The notes beneath the pieces were generated by a model. The model was not told the DNA's origin. It saw only the letters and a program-made list of their open reading frames with translations, and searched no databases. A stretch of 64,000 nucleotides of DNA from Bugula neritina (lineage: Eukaryota; Animalia; Bryozoa), in contig OZ037769.1 in the NCBI GenBank assembly GCA_964035545.1, positions 13,546,633 through 13,610,632 on the forward strand, written 5' to 3'. The position numbers and the translations under genes were made by a program. Numbering within the stretch: position 1 is the first letter of the stretch; the number at the start of each line of letters is the position of its first letter. Below, piece by piece: positions 59,060-64,000 of the stretch.

Positions 59060-59136
59060 ACTTGTGTTTATATTGGCTTAAAGAAATGTTTAAACGCGAG
59101 TCGCCTCAATTAATTATAAATAAATTACTTATATAA

Positions 59137-59655
59137 ATGACTTCAGTTTATATTTTTGGAAATTCGGCTAAAGCCACTATAATAAATGAAAAACCGTATA
59201 TTACGAATATTATAATTCCGTCGGAATTTACTTATTATAATGATGGATTCGCCGCTACGTTAATTAAAGATTTTTTAGTCGATGAACCAATTGAAATAAC
59301 GAATATATTAGTACAATTTTACAGCGAACAGGCTCATAATACTAAAGAACTTTATTGGACTGATAAACGAGTAAGTTTGCAAATTAGAAATAGCGCTGAA
59401 ACATTTAGTAAAGACAATGAACATATTTCTTACGATATAAGCGGTAATGAACATAATGTTCCGTTTAGCGAAATAAACGCTAATAAAATTATTGAAGCTA
59501 ATAAAAACTTTAAATTAACAATGGCGTTATCAAAAACTTATCCTAGTTATAAACCTAGCGAAGTAATTTTAACCGATACTACTACTAGTGAAATAACCGT
59601 CGCGGCATTACCTTTTCATTACGTATTAGTAAAACTTTATTATAATTATAAATGA
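59137..59655 (+). CDS. Polinton hypothetical protein, terminal paralog family member 2
   Basis: LVDEPI, ELYWTDKR, YKPSEVILTD, ALPF..KLYYNYK; TAAATG start. Confidence 0.8.
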   Translation: MTSVYIFGNSAKATIINEKPYITNIIIPSEFTYYNDGFAATLIKDFLVDEPIEITNILVQFYSEQAHNTKELYWTDKRVSLQIRNSAETFSKDNEHISYDISGNEHNVPFSEINANKIIEANKNFKLTMALSKTYPSYKPSEVILTDTTTSEITVAALPFHYVLVKLYYNYK

Positions 59656-60164
59656 ATCTTTATAAATTTAGTAAAGTAGATATAACGACTAATAAAGCGT
59701 ATATTTCGGGTACTATACCTATAAATGAATTTTATTATTACGAAAATATTAATAAATTTACAATAGATTTAATTAACGATTGTTTAGTTGATAAACCTAT
59801 TAAAATAATACAATTTTATGGTGAGAGTATGCCGTGGATAAAAACTAAAGAATTATATTGGACTAATAAAAAATTAGGTTTACATATTCGTAATAGTGAA
59901 AATCCATTTGATGAATCTAAAGAAAATTTATTTTATACTATTAGCGGTGCTGAACATAACGTTTCGTATAGTAAAATAAATATTAATAAAATCGTTAACG
60001 CTAATAATAATTTTTCATTTACAATAGCTCTTTCGAGTGATTATACTAGTCATAAACCCAATGACGTAGTTTTAACCGATATTCCTAATGACGAATATCC
60101 TATTGTAGCGTTACCTTTTATCTACGTATATTTTAAACTTTATTATAATAGTATTAATGAATAG
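59652..60164 (+). CDS. Polinton hypothetical protein, terminal paralog family member 3; 3' half lies in the right TIR
   Basis: LVDKPI, ELYWTNKK, SSDYTSHKPNDVVLTD, ALPF..KLYYN; ATGA overlap with the previous ORF. Confidence 0.8.
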   Translation: MNLYKFSKVDITTNKAYISGTIPINEFYYYENINKFTIDLINDCLVDKPIKIIQFYGESMPWIKTKELYWTNKKLGLHIRNSENPFDESKENLFYTISGAEHNVSYSKININKIVNANNNFSFTIALSSDYTSHKPNDVVLTDIPNDEYPIVALPFIYVYFKLYYNSINE

Positions 60165-60431
60165 CTAATTTTAGTATTGCTTAAAAAACGCTTTTTTTTA
60201 AAAAAATATTTTTTCTTATTTTTAAAAAATATTTTTTTTTCTAAAAAAATTTATAATATTACTTTACTTTAATAAAAATTTATAATATTACACTACTTTT
60301 AATAAAACTTATTAGAGAGTAGTAGCGAATCGACCAATCCCAAATACTTCTACCCTCCATGGCTCCTCGCAACAAGTTGCGAGTCCCCATGGAGGGTAGA
60401 AGTATTTGGGATTGGTCGATTCGCTACTACT
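59890..60431 (-). repeat. Right terminal inverted repeat (542 bp) with a 114-nt terminal hairpin (60318-60431)
   Basis: Reverse complement of 41133-41674; followed by the TSD TCTGAA. Confidence 0.95.
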
Positions 60432-63400
60432 TCTGAAATATTAAACAATCTCTATAATTGTAAAATGCTAACCTAATGATTCAGTATTTGATTAATTTTA
60501 TTCTAGATATTTTACTCTTCTTACTTATCTTTGCAGAGGCTAGATTTTCAAACATAATTTTGTTTGAAATAGGATAATAATAGAAGTCTGAAAAAATATA
60601 ATACAATGATAGAAATATATTAGCATAAGTCAATTTATTGTTATTACTTTTATATGAAGTGGCTTGCGATAATTTATTGAAAACTGGTAGCTATATACGT
60701 TAAACAAAACAGCAGTATAGAGACAGTTTGATTGTCAAGATTTTGTATAATATAAAAATTAGTAATTATAATTTTATATTTATTATAAAATTATTGTATA
60801 TTTTATATTGCAGTGTTATATTTTTGATATATCACAGTTATGTTTTCTATATAGGAATAATATTATTGTATACAGCTTCATATTATATTGTGGAAGAAAA
60901 TTTTATAGCATTGCGGTCTCATATGTTGAAGTATCATTGTCGTGTAATATGTTTATATTTGTATGGAATGTAGGCATTGCTGTACTACCTTAATTCACAC
61001 AATGCTAAAACTGAGTTTGCCAAAATGTTTGTTTACTGAAATAATGAGTTATGTATTACGTACTTTGTTGAATTTAAAATTTAGTATAAAAAAACTATAT
61101 ATGATAATTTTTAATTGTTTTGTATAGTTGCTATAAATGTATTTGAGTCACTCCTACTCAGCTCAGTTGGATATGGCACAGTCCAGTTTATTTAGTACAA
61201 ACTGAATTTGAGTTTGTCAGTTTATATATTGCCTGTTTTTACATGTTTGTGATTGACTATACAGACTCAAAATGATTTTAATTAATGTAAAACTATCTCA
61301 AAATTAATAAACTTTTCATATTTGGCTGGGAACAACAGTACAATATTGTATAAACTCATTAAAAAGTTCGTTTTTTTAGCTAATTTCCTATATAAGACAA
61401 TTCAAAATGAGTGGTTTTGACATCTTTCAGGATTTATAAGTTTTACAATTCTAAATCAAGTTATATTTTATTTACATATAACGAAAGAAAAATATTTTAT
61501 CTTCACAATGATGTTTTATTTGCAGGGGTCACGTACAGATTTAGTTCAGAAATGATGTTTTAAGTAACACAAGCGTCAAATTTCTTACCTAATCGAACTG
61601 CATCGTACTTACTCACGCCATTACTGATTACATGCTTGCGGAGTTGTCCGTCTATAACTAAATTTATTTTCGAAATGCTTTCCTATTTTCAAAGAAATAT
61701 CTCAAATAAAATGGCCGATGTTGATTTGTTTTTTAATTTTATTAATATTTCAAAGAAATATTTTGAAAAATACTTGTCTTATTATAAAAAAATAAAACTT
61801 ATTCAATTTTATCAATTGAATTTGCTCTTTAATTTTTTTTCGGAATTAGTCTTGTCAATAGCCCGCGAAATATTAATTCTAACTTGATGAAATATCGTTT
61901 CGTTCTGCTGCTTAAACTTCTTAATAAGAAAGTTTTGGTATATAAGTTTACTTCTTTTCAACCAATATTGTGTTTGCTGTTGGATAACTTTTGATCATTG
62001 TTGGTAAGTAGCAAATTATTACACTATTGGGCTTATTACAAAATTTAGAGTCATTGTGAATATGAAATTAATGGGAAGATATAGCTGCAAGCACGAGCAC
62101 TGGTAGTAGTTGTAGTAGTATTTATACTCATTATAACTAGAAGTATAACTATTATTATGGGAGTTTTGATATGTTATAATAATTGATATAACTGATAATC
62201 AATAATAACTAATGATTTTATCAGTACGAGTTAGAGTATTGCTGGTACTTGTTGTAATTTCGAGTTTATTCACTTTCATTTTGTCAACAATATGAATATT
62301 ATTCTAAATATTATAATTACATACAAATTCAATAAAATTATATATCATCATAGAATAAATGTTTTATAGGTAATTCTTTTGAATTTAGTATATTTTGCAG
62401 TTTTTATTTAATATATAGTATATTTTGCAAGTTTTATTTAATTGAGTCGTACTTTAAATAGCAATATGAATTTGATTAGAAATAATCAATGTAAATTGTT
62501 AGCCACCTTCTTTTAGTTTTTAATCCTACAACAATAATAATATTAATATAAAAGTTTCAAGTAATTCGCTTGAATTTAGTATATTTTTTTCAGTTTTTGT
62601 TTAATTGAGCTGTACTTCAAATATCAATACGAATGTGATTAGAATTAGTCAATGATAATTGTTAGCCACATTATTTTAGTTTTTAACCCCGAAAACGTGC
62701 AATGACACTTACTTTCAGCTTTGTATTTGTATTGGTATAATTATTTAATATACTTGAAGACTGTCAATATTAAGCGCAAACTAATAACTATAAATTATAT
62801 TAACTATCTTATTGAATAATTATGATTTTAGATTTGACTTTGTTATTAATGATTATTTTACTATATCACTCACTTGATATTTTTCTAATGAAGCTTGAAA
62901 CAACACGGTTTTGTATTTTCATGTGTTCGAAATTTGATCTGTCATGAGTATTGTGCTGAAACTAATACTTTATTTTATTTTTTTTCTAACTCAGTTTGGT
63001 TATACTTCAAATGTGATTGTGAAAAAATAAAGGCTTGCTCATAGTTATTTGTCAAAATAAAATTGTAATATGATGTATTAGGATGCAAATATAAAAAAAT
63101 ATCTTTTCAATTAGAATTTGAATGTAATCTCAATTACTGACAACTATCAGCAACCAACTATAAAACTTAGAATATTTTATTATAGTATTATAAAATCTTG
63201 GTAGATTTTAATTGAAATTTAAATTTAAAATATCCATGAGTAATATGTTAAACTACTAACTAAGGTAGTGCGCCATCACTTTGCTAGAATTTCTTTGTAG
63301 TATAACATAGTTCATCAGTGACTGTATACTTTATACTATAATTTCAGCCTTTAAAATGGGTCCTAAAACTAGATCTGCTGCTATTTCAAAAGCGCAATAC

Positions 63401-64000
63401 CTGAGAGAATATCGAGGTAAGTACTGTTTTTAGGCTTGTTTATATTGCTTTTGTGCATAAAAATAAATTACTTTTTGTATGATTGTAGATTATTTTGGCT
63501 AATCCTGAGATTTTCAGTGCAGACAGTGAATGCAGTGACAGTGAGTTGGATGATGTGTTGGCAGAGTTTGATGATCCATGGGATGTTCTGTAGTGCAAGA
63601 AACACTGATTTAGTTTGTTCATTTATTGTTTATTTTATGTTGAAATAAAGTTTATTTTTAGTGGTTACAATAGGGCTCCTGGTGAGCCTTCCACTTGAAA
63701 AAAAGGTAACGCGCCTTTGTGCCTACCCCTAGGGTGGTGCGGAAATGGTACTTTTGCGAAAATTCCAGTTGTGCTTATACCAACAACAAAATATGACAAG
63801 ATGCTCGCATGGTTTTAATCAAAGCATGAAATTAAACATTTTAAAATCACAGTCTTATATGAGGTCATTCAAGTTTCATGAAACTCTTCTTTATCTTGCG
63901 ACAGCGACGTTGCGTCATGCATATGAAAGACCCCCATGGTAAATAACCCTACATATTAGGGTACAGCAAATCCAAACACCTTAACAGGATGTAATTCTGT

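Larger units (their letters stand above)
54230..59136 (+). pseudogene. Adenain-like cysteine protease interrupted by the Gypsy insertion (segments 54230-54559 and 59065-59136; 133 aa when rejoined)
   Basis: GTHWVA (His), YFDSFG (Asp), VQ..ICG (Gln/Cys). Removing the LTR element and one TSD restores CGHL|CLYWLKEMFKRESPQLIINKLLI*. Confidence 0.92.
41133..60431. mobile_element. Full-length Polinton/Maverick (adintovirus-like endogenous DNA virus), 19.3 kb including a nested 4.5-kb Gypsy element
   Basis: 6-bp TSD TCTGAA at 41127-41132 and 60432-60437; ends AGTAGTAG...CTACTACT; 542-bp TIRs; genes for ATPase, integrase, major and minor capsid, pPolB and protease. Confidence 0.97.

Noticed and set aside
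63355-63960. Possible small spliced gene or DNA transposon end near the window edge
   Set aside because: Exon phases are inconsistent and no partner TIR or protein motif is visible in the window.

Overview
AT-rich metazoan (probably invertebrate) genomic DNA. The left 40 kb holds spliced host genes: an IgGFc-binding-domain secreted protein (+, ~2.8-12.8 kb), a small secreted Gly/Asn-rich protein (-, 14.4-17.4 kb), a degenerate SLU7 duplicate (+, 18.4-21.3 kb) and a CLCA-family gene (-, 22.4-37.2 kb), plus microsatellites, MITEs and tRNA-derived repeats. The main feature is a full-length Polinton/Maverick (adintovirus-like endogenous DNA virus) at 41133-60431. It has a 6-bp TSD (TCTGAA), 542-bp TIRs, and genes for packaging ATPase, integrase, major and minor capsid, pPolB and an adenain-like protease. 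A young, intact Ty3/Gypsy element (54560-59059) sits inside the protease gene. Four properties stand out. (1) Each end is a 114-nt palindromic hairpin, and the asymmetric cores of the two hairpins are in direct rather than inverted orientation, i.e. flip/flop isomers as in parvovirus and poxvirus telomeres. (2) 15 of 16 viral ORFs start in TAAATG, the poxvirus late-promoter initiator, with almost no intergenic space. (3) The integrase is fused to a Zn ribbon and a parvovirus-type PLA2, separated by GxG protease-type sites. (4) A divergent paralog family occupies both ends, with a recent TIR expansion. Together these suggest, by inference only, a Polinton virus with hairpin-type end processing and possibly helper-virus-dependent transcription. 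All coordinates were read by eye; no database searches were run.
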